A stretch of DNA of 64,000 nt from Candidatus Poribacteria bacterium. GTDB taxonomy: Bacteria; Poribacteria; WGA-4E; WGA-3G. A program made the translations under genes and the position numbers. Each line of letters opens with the position of its first letter. The first letter of the stretch is position 1. The notes below the pieces were generated by a model that was given only the letters and a program-made list of their open reading frames with translations, was not told the origin of the DNA and made no database searches. Of the stretch, positions 21,370 through 32,900 are shown in pieces. The DNA lies in the NCBI GenBank assembly GCA_963663765.2, contig CAXXUA010000005.1, forward strand, positions 1,408,001 to 1,472,000, in the 5' to 3' direction.

Positions 21370-21397
21370 TTGACATTTTCCCTTAACCTGCTATACT
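21370..21397 (+). promoter_or_regulatory. Putative sigma70 promoter
   Basis: TTGACA-16 bp-TATACT with extended TG, upstream of 21563. Confidence 0.5.
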
Positions 21398-21562
21398 TTT
21401 GACAATAGAAAACTTTCAGACAGCATCGTTTTGAAACATACTGGTGAACTTTAGATTTATTGAGACAGAAGGTAATAAGATTGGAAGGTGAATCAACAAC
21501 CCCACAAGCGGTGGAGGGAAGGTTTCTAATAGATCCGAATCCTTCTCAAAAAACAACGTGTA

Positions 21563-22534
21563 ATGATGTTACAACAGCAGAATAAACACCTTTACCCGAT
21601 GGGATGGGTAAATATTATAGACTATGCGTTTAGTCTGTATCGGGGACATTTTCAGAGTTTTCTCGGTATTGTAGCGATGTACGCGGGAATAGATGCGTTA
21701 CGAGAATGCGTGCTACTACTCTTATGGAAATATGAAGTCTATCACTTAATAGATGAGTTATTCTCTAGCCTACTTATGACATTAGTAATAGGTATGTTTA
21801 TTGTTTGCTCAAGTGAAATCTATCTTGATAAAACTATCACATTTCGTGAAATTCTACGAAGGTTCGGTTCCCTATTTTCTCGATACTTGCACATTTCATT
21901 TGTTTACCTGATACCTATTTCACTCTGGGAATTGTTATCAGAGATAAATAAGAATCCTTCTCTATTGGCTTTGCTCTTACTGCTTTTGAGTATCCCTTTT
22001 CTATTCTATTATTATATTGCTTGGTGCTTGTATGGTCCTGTCGTTATTCTTGAAACTCCTATGTCGCATCATCCACTCACATGGAGTCGGTATTTAGTAA
22101 AAGGGGCATGGTGGCGAATCTGTGGTACAATCATCGCCGTTTACTTTATCATGGCCGCGATCGAATTGATACTCAATATCTCCATCATGTTAATATTTGC
22201 GTTATCAGGATATGGTGAAGGAACATGGTTTGACATGATGCAATCAATCATTGCATCTGCATTTGAATCGGACAGGGACAAATCACTCACACTATCGTTC
22301 ATAATAAGCGCGTTTCTGGACGTTGGTATTTCTGCTGTTATAACCACACCGATTTACGCAATCAGTGTGATGCTGATCTATTTTAATAGAAAGATTGAGA
22401 CCGAAAGATTTGATATTGTCCCAGAAAACTCTCACGACTCACTACTGAAAAGTAATACCAATTCTGAATCACAGAGGACGCAGAGGACACGGATTACACA
22501 GATAAGCCCAACTGAGGTGGTATTGCTTAGTTAA
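21563..22534 (+). CDS. Integral membrane protein (GDPD membrane-anchor-like)
   Basis: About 6 hydrophobic helices; SRYLVKGAWWRI and IYFNRKI..E.FDI motifs. Confidence 0.7.
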   Translation: MMLQQQNKHLYPMGWVNIIDYAFSLYRGHFQSFLGIVAMYAGIDALRECVLLLLWKYEVYHLIDELFSSLLMTLVIGMFIVCSSEIYLDKTITFREILRRFGSLFSRYLHISFVYLIPISLWELLSEINKNPSLLALLLLLLSIPFLFYYYIAWCLYGPVVILETPMSHHPLTWSRYLVKGAWWRICGTIIAVYFIMAAIELILNISIMLIFALSGYGEGTWFDMMQSIIASAFESDRDKSLTLSFIISAFLDVGISAVITTPIYAISVMLIYFNRKIETERFDIVPENSHDSLLKSNTNSESQRTQRTRITQISPTEVVLLS

Positions 22535-22725
22535 TGCTTCTTCTCATGCAATGCAATCTAATGCTGCTGTCTTATTCACGAAATCCGCGATTCTGTCAGC
22601 GAAAAACTGTACACACCCAGCGGAAAGGGAAGAACAAGATTTTGGTTAGATCTAATGTGTTTTACAATTTATCGGTTTTAATATTTTAATATAAGACTCA
22701 CTCATACATCCGGGAGGAACAGCAC

Positions 22726-25700
22726 TTGCCAATTTCACATAACTTACACAACGACTCTTACAAACAAATAAAACGAACAGTTACTTATCTTCTAACAATC
22801 CTACTCGCGCTCGGTATATTCGCGTCCATCAGTCACGCTCAGCAACCCCATATAGTTTTCGTCGTGGGTGAAAATGAATACCGTTCCGAAGTAACGATGC
22901 CAGCATTGGCAAAGGTATTGGCAGACCATTACGGTTTTCGAACCACTGTACTTCTTGATGATGTAATTCAGGGCGGCGCAGGCAACAACATCAACGGACT
23001 TGAAGCACTTGAAACCGCTGACCTACTCGTCCTATACCTACGATTCCGACAACTCCCGGATGACAACCTTGAAATGTTACAAAAATACATTGACCGCGGA
23101 GCTCCCATCCTCGCTTTCCGTACAACAACACACGCCTTTAATTATAGAAACTCCGATCCGCGAGCGGAGTTTTGGAACAGTTTCGGTGCACGTGAACTCG
23201 GGGCACCATGGATACATCACTATGGACATGGAGCAAGTACCGATGCCACAACCATCGGTGAGCACCCTATCCTCACAGGTGTGAGTCCAGAATTCCACGT
23301 CCGTTCCTGGACTTATCATGTTAGACCTAACTACCCACCGAAAGACGCGCAGATATTAGTACAGGGACGACCCGTATTTCCAGATGGAAAGCGAGGGGAC
23401 GAAAAGACACTCAATCCAATCGCATGGACACACACCCACACTGGAGGCGGACGTGTCTTTACAACAACGATGGGACACCCAGAAGACTTCAACGTGGTTG
23501 ACTTTCGCAGACTTGTAGTTAACGGTGTCTACTGGTGCCTCAAAAGCAAAGCACCGCAACGATATGCTCCCGGATGGCGCGCAAAAACAGGACAAAAGTG
23601 GCGAGATATGGACTACGGACCCTACATTTCTACTGCCGTTGCCGCACATCCAAAAAACATTACATACAAAGGTATTATTATCCCACTTACGCCAGATCAC
23701 ACTGGCGGGACAGTCGTATTTGACACAGACCTATTACGTTACTCCGCAGGGTGGATAGGTGGACTAATTGACTACGCAGATGTTGAATTTAACGGATGGC
23801 ATCAAAGTTACCCATCTATTGAAGGCGATCTCCTATGGGAAAACAAGGTGGGACCAGGTTGGGCAAAGGACGGCAGCTTTGAGGATACAAGAACCGTGCC
23901 TTTCGGTCCCCTACCCAGAGATTGGGCACATTGGAAAGGGTTGTATCTTCACAAAAACAATGTTATTCTGTCTTATACAGTTGGCACGCGTTCAGTCCTC
24001 GAATCCCCATCGCTTGAGAGTGGAGACAAAGGGAACGCTTTTGCACGCACGTTCCACCTCGGTCCCTCCGCATCAAGCACCCTTGTTCGTGTTGCAACAA
24101 TCCCTGACGGTAAAGCATCCTTATTGCCTGATTTTTCACGTGGTACCGCTGCTGCCCTATGTCTGCCAGATACAGAACCCGGTACTCCAGGCAGTCTACT
24201 TGCAGCTTTGATTGACGCACCAGATGGCACAAAGTGGGAAACAGCACAGGACGAACTCCGTATCAAGTTCCCACCGTCCGACAAAGCATTCACCGCAAAA
24301 ATTTTGATTACACCTACTCATCAGGATAAACTCAACTTATCCACATGGACACAATTCGTGGATACCTCAACGCCAGCAACTGATTTAACAACACTGATCA
24401 ATGGCGGACCACAACGTTGGGAAGAAAAAGTCGTCATGACAGGACAAACCGATATACAACGAAAACGTAGGGTGGAAACGCTAAAAATTGAACCAGGAAC
24501 AACGAAGATGCACTTTGAATTAGATGGATATCTACCGAATGTGCTTTCACTGGACAATCTAACACCTGCCCCTGACGGGGTTGGCAACGCAGATCAATAC
24601 ATTGCAGTCCTAGTCCCATCTGAAAAGAACTCAGAGCCTGATGGTGCACAATTACAGAAGAACGATCCAACCTTGATCGGACACTGGGGTTTTGACGAAG
24701 GCACAGGTTTAAACGCAGCAAGCACAACACAAGGAAAGTCAACAATCGTTCTTGATGATGTTCGTTGGGATGCTGGACGACAAGAAAATTGCCTTGTATT
24801 TGATGGAGACGCAGAAGCTCGTTTTGATGAAAACTTTGATCTCGATTTTGACACCTCTGACCTAACTTTTGCTACATGGATCAACACTGAAAAAGACGGT
24901 TCAATTTTCTCTGAAGCACTTGAGGAACCAGAATGGGTACCAAATGGCAAAACTTTCTTTATCCGAGGCGGATATTTAGCGTTTGATGTCGGATGGGTCG
25001 GTGTCATCAGCAACACTTCAGGAAATGCAAAACCTGTAAATGACGGGGTTTGGCATCATGTCGGATTAACATGGAAACATCAAACGGGGGTAGTGACACT
25101 CTTTTTGGACGGAGAGGTTACCGCAAAAGGCACGCTTAAGCCAGAAGAAGCATTGGAAGATGACATTTGGAGACTCGGATTCACCTCAGAAAATTTCCCA
25201 GAGAATTCCCCCAGACTTGATGGGAAACTTGATGAGATGTATCTATACAATCGCGCACTCTCCTCCAAAGAAATGAACAGTCTATACCAACGTTTGCTGG
25301 AACCACCCGTGATCGCAGTGGCACTGGTCGATCCGATCGAGGGAGCAAAATGGACAATTGACTCTAACCGAGTTTACATCAATATGTCTACAGACAAAAC
25401 CGCATCGATGCTTACATGGGATGGTCGTAAATCGCAGCTCGCAGAATTTGCACGGTTAGCAGCAAACGGAGGAGTCGACCCAGCACAACCGTTTGCAATA
25501 GATAAAATCAACTGGCCTACTCAAAATCCATGGGATTCTTGGATACGTTTCGGTGGGTTAGACTTCTTCCCTGATGGAAATCGTGCTGCGCTTTCCACAT
25601 GGAACGGCGATGTCTGGACAGTCACCGGACTCAATGATACATTGGAAAAACTTGAGTGGCAACGTATCGCAACCGGACTAAACCAACCGCTCGGACTAAA

Positions 25701-26847
25701 AATCGTTGATAATCAGATTTACGTCGTCGGACGCGACCAGATCACACGACTCGTTGATCTCAACGAAGATGGCGAAACCGACTTCTACGAAAACTTCAAC
25801 AACGACACCTACAACAGTGAACATTTCCACGAACCATGTATGGATCTGCAGACCGATGCAGAGGGTAACTTCTACTACATGAAAGCCGCACGACACGCAC
25901 TGAAGGCACAACACCCACACCACGGCACACTCATCAAAGTGACACCCGATGGGGAAAAGTCCACCGTCATTGCTTACGGATTTCGAGCCTCAAATGGACT
26001 CGGCATCAGTCCCGGTCCTATATTCTACGGTACTGATCAGGAAGGATTCTGGATGCCGGCTAACCGAATTAACCGTATCGCTGAATCTGGCAAATTCTAC
26101 GGCAACGCGTGGGGTTGGTACCCATCTGATCAACCGCCAACTACCTATGAACCACCGCTCTGCTGGGTCGCTCCATTCGTTGACCGATCCCCCGCTACAC
26201 TGGTTTGGATTCCAACCGATACTTGGAGTGAAATGGAAGATTCAATACTCTCGGTCAGTTACGGAACAGGGAAAGTATATGCTGTCCTTCAACAAGAAGT
26301 CAACGACAACGTCCAAGGTGTCCTCACCGATCTCGGTGTGGAACTATCCACAGGTGTGATGCGCGGACGATTCCACCCAATCACTAAAGAACTCTACATT
26401 GCGGGACTATTCGGATGGTCTTCCAATAAACAGGAAGATGCTGGTTTCTATCGGATACGCATGACTGGCGCACCACTCCGCACACCAAAATCGTTCCGCG
26501 CTGTCCACGAAGGCTTAATCGTCAGTTTCTATACTCCTCTTGAACCAAAATCCGCAGCAAAAACAGAAAACTGGAAAGTACAAAGTTGGGAATATCGCTG
26601 GACAGAAAACTACGGTTCACCGCAGCTAAAACGTTCCGGTGAAAACGGTAGAGACACGCACACCGTTGAATCTATGACCCTATCAGAGGACGGTAAAACT
26701 GCTTTCCTAAAAATACCGACCATAACACCTACAATGCAGTTACACGTTGAAATCAAACTCAACTTTGCAGACGGTGTGCCGCTGGATTGCTATTTGCACG
26801 GCACAATACATGCCCTTGAAGACACACAAAACACGGAGGATCAATAG
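22726..26847 (+). CDS. Large secreted multidomain protein (ThuA-like + LamG + C-terminal beta-propeller-like)
   Basis: 1373 aa; GENEYRSE..GGRVFTTTMGHP ThuA-like; WHHVGLTW..LFLDG LamG; ATGLNQPLGL propeller. Confidence 0.8.
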   Translation: MPISHNLHNDSYKQIKRTVTYLLTILLALGIFASISHAQQPHIVFVVGENEYRSEVTMPALAKVLADHYGFRTTVLLDDVIQGGAGNNINGLEALETADLLVLYLRFRQLPDDNLEMLQKYIDRGAPILAFRTTTHAFNYRNSDPRAEFWNSFGARELGAPWIHHYGHGASTDATTIGEHPILTGVSPEFHVRSWTYHVRPNYPPKDAQILVQGRPVFPDGKRGDEKTLNPIAWTHTHTGGGRVFTTTMGHPEDFNVVDFRRLVVNGVYWCLKSKAPQRYAPGWRAKTGQKWRDMDYGPYISTAVAAHPKNITYKGIIIPLTPDHTGGTVVFDTDLLRYSAGWIGGLIDYADVEFNGWHQSYPSIEGDLLWENKVGPGWAKDGSFEDTRTVPFGPLPRDWAHWKGLYLHKNNVILSYTVGTRSVLESPSLESGDKGNAFARTFHLGPSASSTLVRVATIPDGKASLLPDFSRGTAAALCLPDTEPGTPGSLLAALIDAPDGTKWETAQDELRIKFPPSDKAFTAKILITPTHQDKLNLSTWTQFVDTSTPATDLTTLINGGPQRWEEKVVMTGQTDIQRKRRVETLKIEPGTTKMHFELDGYLPNVLSLDNLTPAPDGVGNADQYIAVLVPSEKNSEPDGAQLQKNDPTLIGHWGFDEGTGLNAASTTQGKSTIVLDDVRWDAGRQENCLVFDGDAEARFDENFDLDFDTSDLTFATWINTEKDGSIFSEALEEPEWVPNGKTFFIRGGYLAFDVGWVGVISNTSGNAKPVNDGVWHHVGLTWKHQTGVVTLFLDGEVTAKGTLKPEEALEDDIWRLGFTSENFPENSPRLDGKLDEMYLYNRALSSKEMNSLYQRLLEPPVIAVALVDPIEGAKWTIDSNRVYINMSTDKTASMLTWDGRKSQLAEFARLAANGGVDPAQPFAIDKINWPTQNPWDSWIRFGGLDFFPDGNRAALSTWNGDVWTVTGLNDTLEKLEWQRIATGLNQPLGLKIVDNQIYVVGRDQITRLVDLNEDGETDFYENFNNDTYNSEHFHEPCMDLQTDAEGNFYYMKAARHALKAQHPHHGTLIKVTPDGEKSTVIAYGFRASNGLGISPGPIFYGTDQEGFWMPANRINRIAESGKFYGNAWGWYPSDQPPTTYEPPLCWVAPFVDRSPATLVWIPTDTWSEMEDSILSVSYGTGKVYAVLQQEVNDNVQGVLTDLGVELSTGVMRGRFHPITKELYIAGLFGWSSNKQEDAGFYRIRMTGAPLRTPKSFRAVHEGLIVSFYTPLEPKSAAKTENWKVQSWEYRWTENYGSPQLKRSGENGRDTHTVESMTLSEDGKTAFLKIPTITPTMQLHVEIKLNFADGVPLDCYLHGTIHALEDTQNTEDQ

Positions 26848-26914
26848 CACTTCCATTTTCGCAAAATTTACATGGACAGGAAGGCATCAACGAATCTATA
26901 GCTTTCAACTTTAG

Positions 26915-27300
26915 CAGGACTTACGCACCCAACGGTAGGCGCGCTTTGTAGGCGGGGAATGCCAAAAGGCATTCATTCCGTTGGTTTCTTGATTTGGTGC
27001 TTTGTAAGCGCACCCTGGATGGTAGGCGTGCTTTGTAAGCGCGCCCCCACCTGCACTCCCCTGCAGTCGTGCTTTGTAAGCGCTCCCCGATGGTAGGTGT
27101 GCTTTGTAAGCGCGCCCCCCACCTGCACTCCCCTGCAGTCGTGCTTTGTAAGCGCGCCCCCCACCTGCACTCCCCTGCAGGCGTGCTTTGTATGCGCCCC
27201 CCACCTGCACTCCCCTGCAGGCGTGCTTTGTAAGCGCGCCCCGATGGTAAGCGCGCTGGCACATCAAGTCTCAACAGCGCGCTTACAAAGCACACCTACC
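26915..27300. repeat. Tandem REP-like satellite (about 8 copies plus one inverted copy) starting at a CAGGACTTACGC end
   Basis: G(T/C)AGGCGTGCTTTGTAAGCGCGC units with short C-rich linkers. Confidence 0.85.
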
Positions 27301-27558
27301 GTGTGAGAAAAATTTATTACCGAATTAATGAATTAATCATCATAAAGTTTGTGCTACAAATTGTCCAAATAATTATATGTTTTACTATAATCGGGGTTGA
27401 AAACCCCTCCCACAAGAGAAAATACCAACACTTTTTTCTTAAATTGACGCTTATGGGGTTGGGTAACCCAACCCCTACGTTTCGTGCCGCATGTGCAAAT
27501 AGTTACGAGTTTCACTATAATTCACTCCCACAAAAGGTCAGAATCCCTAAATTGACGC

Positions 27559-28980
27559 TTATGGTGTTTTCCGCCATTCTCCCGCAGTCACTTTATCAAT
27601 GAGGAGCCGCGCTTGTTGACTCTCGCGCACCTGCTTCTCAATCTCAACCGGATCCCATTCTGCTAAAAGTTGCGATTCCAACTCACTGCATATTGGCTGA
27701 TACCTCGCTGCATTAGCAAGATTGTAAAACTCATCGGGGTCTTCAGATATATCGTAGAGTTCACACGGATCGCTAAGACTATAGTTGAATTTGTATCTCC
27801 CTTTCCGTAGCATCGCCATAGGACGTTCAACCCCGTGAGCAAGATATTCGGAGAAAGCAAAATCTTTCCAATCCGTTGCTGTGCCTTGTATCAACGGCAT
27901 CAGACTATCACCATCAAATTGACTCAATATATGTCCGCCTGCAATGTCAACCAATGTTGCTGTCAAATCAACAAGTGAAACCACTTCATCAAGACGTTTA
28001 CCTGTGGGAAACTGATCAGGGAACATGACTTGAAGCGGCACGCGAGCAGATGCTTCATAGAAGTTTGATTTACGCCACATACCGTGTTCACCATTCATCT
28101 CTCCGTGATCACTGGTGTAGATAACAACGGTATTCTCTAACTGACCCGTCTCCTCAAGTGTCTGTATGAGTCTTCCTATCTTCTCATCAAGGTAGGTAAT
28201 AAGTCCGTAATACCCCGCACGTGCGCGACGAACTAAGTCCTCTGGGAAGTCAACACAACCGAACATGCGGCGCATGCGTTGGTAAACTGGATGCTGATTT
28301 TCAAGATGCCCATCTGGAATGTTGGGTAGATCGATCTCATCAAGTGGATAGAGATCCCAAAACCTTTGCGGCACAACAAGCGGAAAATGAGGTGCGATGA
28401 ATGACACATTAAGTGCCCAAGGTTGTTCATGTCTTGCAGTATCACGGAGATATGCAATTGCTTCTGTTTCCGCAAGGTCATCAACCTCAATTTCTTCTGT
28501 TGTTCCGGAACCTGCTTGTGCGGGTCCCTGCCACGGACGCTGCGCTACTGGTGTGCCATTTCGCCAATCCGTGAGTCCATGTTTTCTTTCCGCATGTAAA
28601 TCTCGGGCAAGTTGAGAACGAAAACCGTGCAACTGATCCATTCCGCCAAAATGTTGTTTTCCAGAAAGCACAACATCATACCCCGCATCGCGTAGAAGAT
28701 GTCCCCACGTGACAGCATCCGGACGCAACGGAGCAGCGTTGTCCCACGCACCAATCTTATGAATATACCGACCCGTCATAAAAGACATCCGTGACGGCAT
28801 ACAGAGCGGTGAATTGCAGTAAGCATTTGTGAAGGTGACACCATCTTTCGCGAGTCTGTCCATGTGTGGGGTTTGAACGAGAGGATGACCATAAGGTCCG
28901 CTGTACATCGGCGCATGTTCATCGGACATGATGAGAAGGATATTAGGAGGTTGGTTTGTGGACATGGTATCTAATTCCAA
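27559..28980 (-). CDS. Sulfatase (choline-sulfatase-like)
   Basis: SDEH, CMPSRMS, GKQHF, APHFP, SDHGE. Confidence 0.92.
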   Translation of the reverse strand: MELDTMSTNQPPNILLIMSDEHAPMYSGPYGHPLVQTPHMDRLAKDGVTFTNAYCNSPLCMPSRMSFMTGRYIHKIGAWDNAAPLRPDAVTWGHLLRDAGYDVVLSGKQHFGGMDQLHGFRSQLARDLHAERKHGLTDWRNGTPVAQRPWQGPAQAGSGTTEEIEVDDLAETEAIAYLRDTARHEQPWALNVSFIAPHFPLVVPQRFWDLYPLDEIDLPNIPDGHLENQHPVYQRMRRMFGCVDFPEDLVRRARAGYYGLITYLDEKIGRLIQTLEETGQLENTVVIYTSDHGEMNGEHGMWRKSNFYEASARVPLQVMFPDQFPTGKRLDEVVSLVDLTATLVDIAGGHILSQFDGDSLMPLIQGTATDWKDFAFSEYLAHGVERPMAMLRKGRYKFNYSLSDPCELYDISEDPDEFYNLANAARYQPICSELESQLLAEWDPVEIEKQVRESQQARLLIDKVTAGEWRKTP

Positions 28981-29043
28981 TGTTGAAGTAGGTGGATACC
29001 GTATCAGTTAAATTCTTGCATGTAGCCAATCCAAATATACAAT

Positions 29044-31462
29044 TTATTGTGCAAATAGGTGTTGTTCAATTCCACGTTTTGGTTGGAACGGATTTTTCGT
29101 TTTAAATTGGATCTGGTTTTGGTCTCTCTGCTGTTCAATATTTTTGATCATTACTTCAGAGAAACGACGATCAATGCTAGTTGTAGGTTGAAATAGACTT
29201 TCCTCAATAGGTTGATATTGAGACTTTCCCTCTTGTTGTGTTAACATTACAGCAATATCTCTTGGTAATTTAACATCAGTTTTCTCTTCAAAACCTATGA
29301 CATTTCCATAATCGAAATTAAAAGCGGCAGAAATATCTATACCTTTGTCAGATGCAATCGTTAAGTCTGATTTAGCTTTCTGCCACTCTTGTTGGTGCAA
29401 CCAAACCTCTGCACGCTTGTAATATGCTTGGGCATAATCAGCTCTGAGTTGTAAAGCGGTATTATAATCTGCAAGTGCCATATCAAAGTTACTTAGACTG
29501 CTATAAACCTTTCCACGATTATAATACAATTGTTCCCAATGTGGATTGACTTGTATCACTCGTGTGAAATCTCCAATAGCACTATCAGCATCACCTTTGA
29601 TAGCGAAGGCAATGCCGCGATTGAGATATGCTGGAACATAATTAGGTTGGAATTGGATGACCATATTATAGTCTGCAATTGCTTTGTCATACTGACGAAT
29701 TTTACTATAAGCAATTCCACGGTTAAAGTAACATAGAGTATGGTCCCTCGTTTCTTCAAGAACTATAGAATAATCTTTGATTGCTTTGACGAATTCTCCT
29801 TTGCTGCTATTTACGTTTCCTCGCTCAAAATAAGCACCTACATTAATAATAGGAACTAAATTAATCGCCTTTGTACAATCTGCAATAGCAAAGTCTAACT
29901 CATTTTTCTTGTGGCAAACTATATCGTGAATTAGCCTATTGTGGATAGATATACCACGTATTAGGTATGCATCGGCAGCTTTCGGATTACGTTCTATCGC
30001 ACTATTACAGTCAGCGATAGCAGAGTCAAAGTCACCTTTGAGACTATAAGCAGTTGCGCGAGTGATATAAGGATCGGCAGCATTAGGACTGAATTCCATT
30101 AATTTTTCACAGTCCGTGATAGCAGAATCAAAGTTGCCTTCAAGTAAGTGAACGTGTCCGCGCATGACATAGATATTGACATAATTAGGCTCTAATTCTA
30201 ATGCTTTTGTATAATCTTCAATCGCCAAAATGCCTTTGCCTTTTTTATTGTATGTGATGCCGCGAAGGACATAAGCATATGCATAATCTGGTTTAAGTCT
30301 TATAGCCTTGCTATAGTCCGTAATAGCGAAGTCAAACTCACCTTGGTCACTATAGGCATTACCGCGAATGACATAAGCATCAGCAAGATCAGAGTTAAGT
30401 TCTATCGCTTTATCACAGTCTTCAATTGCCAAATCAAACTCGTTTTTATTCACATAAGCGTGCCCGCGATGGTAATATGCCTCTGCGTAGTCAGGTTCAT
30501 GCCGAATCGCCTTCGTGAAATCTTCAATTGCCTTATCAATATCACCTTTAGCACCAAGCGCCATTCCACGACCAAAATACGCCCTTGCAGGTTGCCGAGT
30601 CCAAAAAATCGCATCGGTATAATCCTTGATTGCCAGATCAAACTTACCCAACTTATGGTAAACCTCGCCTCGGTAGATGTAGGGCATAGCAAAACCGGGG
30701 CTCAGTTCAATAGCTCTACTAAAATGCTTAACAGCTTCTTCATAGTGAGCCATCTTTGCTTTGTTAGCCACTTTCTGAATCTCCCTTCTGCTGTTGTGAT
30801 AAACCTTTGTAAGCCATTCTATAGGTTTCCAGCTTAAGTTTCTGATGTCGAATAAATCTGTGTACATCATTGTAAACGGATTCGGTATAAACACCGTGTG
30901 CACTTTTTAGATATTCTTGTATCGGTATTTTTAGGTTTGCTGGAATATTGATAACATCGTCTTCGTTAGGTTGAATATAACCCATAGGATGTCTAACAAA
31001 TACACTCTTCTGTGCAATGACACGATTCATTGGTTCATACGGACTTTTAATGTAAGAATCTATTAGTTCTTTTTTGTGTGTGATAACTCTACCGTCATTA
31101 TTAAGAGAACTGTTACTTGCCATATAAAGTGCAATTAGATAGTCTTCTGAAAAATCTATTAAATTGGTTTTGCCACCGTAATATTGGATTTCTGCAAGGC
31201 ATTCAATTTCACTATATGTTTTACGTATAAAAGGTTTGGCAATTTCCAACATTTCCCGTTGGACTTCCTTTATCTCAAATTGTTCATCTTCAACATCAAA
31301 TTCTTCATCATCCAGAAAGACACGATATAAGTTTGAAGAAACCTTACCATAATATGGTTTTTCCTGATAATGTTCAGGTTCGCCACGATAGAGATGTTCT
31401 CCAGTAGTCGCTTTTTCTTTAATTTTCTTGATTATTCCATTCACTGTACGAGGTTTGTGCAT
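29044..31462 (-). pseudogene. FRG-domain + multi-TPR fusion, split by a frameshift near 30770
   Basis: FRG motifs (LYRGE, QYYGGKTNLIDF, RVIAQKSVF) in 30764-31462; many TPR repeats in overlapping frame 29044-30903. Confidence 0.75.
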
Positions 31463-31612
31463 TCACTTCACTTAACATCACTAAATTTTACTTGTTCCAA
31501 AATGATACCATGTATTACATAAGACTGCAAACGCTATTGGATGCGAATAGAGACACTGTGATACAGATGTTGTATGGAATTACTCTAAATGAGAGGACCT
31601 AATTTCTAAAAT

Positions 31613-31834
31613 CTTACTTTCCGCACTTGTTTTGAGATATTTTTATAATATTAGCATAAACCCGCGTCAAACAAGGATTCGCACACAATAATGGAGATCT
31701 CGTGTTCTAAATTTTGAGACTGGATTCAACTTGTTTTTGAATCTTTAATATTGAAAATGTTTGCTGAACTTAGGCTACGTAAGGGTTTATCACATTAATA
31801 TCAAAAAACGCAAATTTAAAGTGCGGAAAGTAGG
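31613..31834. mobile_element. MITE (IS1634-like ends)
   Basis: CTTACTTTCCGCACTT...AAGTGCGGAAAGTAGG; 6-bp TSD TAAAAT. Confidence 0.75.
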
Positions 31835-31858
31835 TAAAATGTAATGTAAATTTAGCAT

Positions 31859-32193
31859 TCAAACAGTAATCGCTTTTCGCACACATTCTTTCACTGCATT
31901 ACAGTCAGAATCTGACAAATGCCCAATGACTGCCAGCAGTTCTCTCTGTGGTAGTGTCACAAGGAAAGTTCTGAACGCACTCGGTTTTCGAAGACCTGCT
32001 GTTGCCCAATCCGCTATCAAATGGTCTGTCAGTGTTGTCGCTACTCCCAAATTGGTAGTGATTGCACCAAGAATTACATCTCTGTGGAAAGCATGATAAT
32101 CTAATGTTGAAAGAACTACTGCCGGTCGTCTTTTTACCCCCATTACACCAGGAAATCAGCAATCACAACATCTGCTGGTTTCACGGAGATCAT
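31859..32193 (-). pseudogene. PemK/MazF-family toxin with a 1-nt deletion near the 5' end
   Basis: MISVKPADVVIADF/PGVMGVKRRPAVVLS..GAITT..GLRKPS..IGHLS; frameshift near 32152. Confidence 0.8.
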
Positions 32194-32900
32194 TCATCCC
32201 ACTCCTTATCTCCTTCAGCATTCCACCACCCAGTAGGATCAATGCTTGACATGTTATCAGTAGGCATCCATGGTTCTCGGAATATTTCTTGCCAATCATC
32301 TGGAAGATACATTAAATCTTCTTCTATTTTAACTCCCATAAACAAGAACCAATATTTCTTTGTAAGTTTTACAAGGTAATCTATACATTCATTTACTTCT
32401 TTCAAATCTGGTTCACTTTTCGGTGGTAACATGTCATGGTGAGCAATACATTTGTCAGCGACACCCTCCACTTTATTACTAATTACCTTTAGATGATATA
32501 GGTCTTGTTCGACTCTTCCAGGATCAATATAGTCTTCATCAATCCCTGAGAACTCCTGTGAAAAAATGATATTGGCTTCAACCCGTTTAGCAGAAGAAAA
32601 TAAATTCACAAAACGTATCCTTGAAAGCAATTGAGGGGTATCTTTCATTTCATATAGCAGTTTAACAAGTGAGTTATCATCATTTTTCTTGAGTTGTCTA
32701 CGTATTGTGATTATTGTGTTCCCTACATAGGAATCCCATATAAAATTGACAAATGGATTGTTCTTATGTTTTTGAAGATTGATATTATTATTGACAATCT
32801 TTCTTAAGTCCGATAAGATTTCTTGATGTTCAGCAAGCATTGCAACATCATTACGGATTTGATGCAACCACATGTTCCAATTCTCAAATCGCTGTTCCAT
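32190..32900 (-). CDS. AbiU2/HEPN-like protein with acidic Trp-rich C-terminal tail
   Basis: Helical; NSLVKLL and ADKCIAHHD (R-x4-6-H-like); ATGA overlap with the mazF-like gene. Confidence 0.6.
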   Translation of the reverse strand: MEQRFENWNMWLHQIRNDVAMLAEHQEILSDLRKIVNNNINLQKHKNNPFVNFIWDSYVGNTIITIRRQLKKNDDNSLVKLLYEMKDTPQLLSRIRFVNLFSSAKRVEANIIFSQEFSGIDEDYIDPGRVEQDLYHLKVISNKVEGVADKCIAHHDMLPPKSEPDLKEVNECIDYLVKLTKKYWFLFMGVKIEEDLMYLPDDWQEIFREPWMPTDNMSSIDPTGWWNAEGDKEWDE

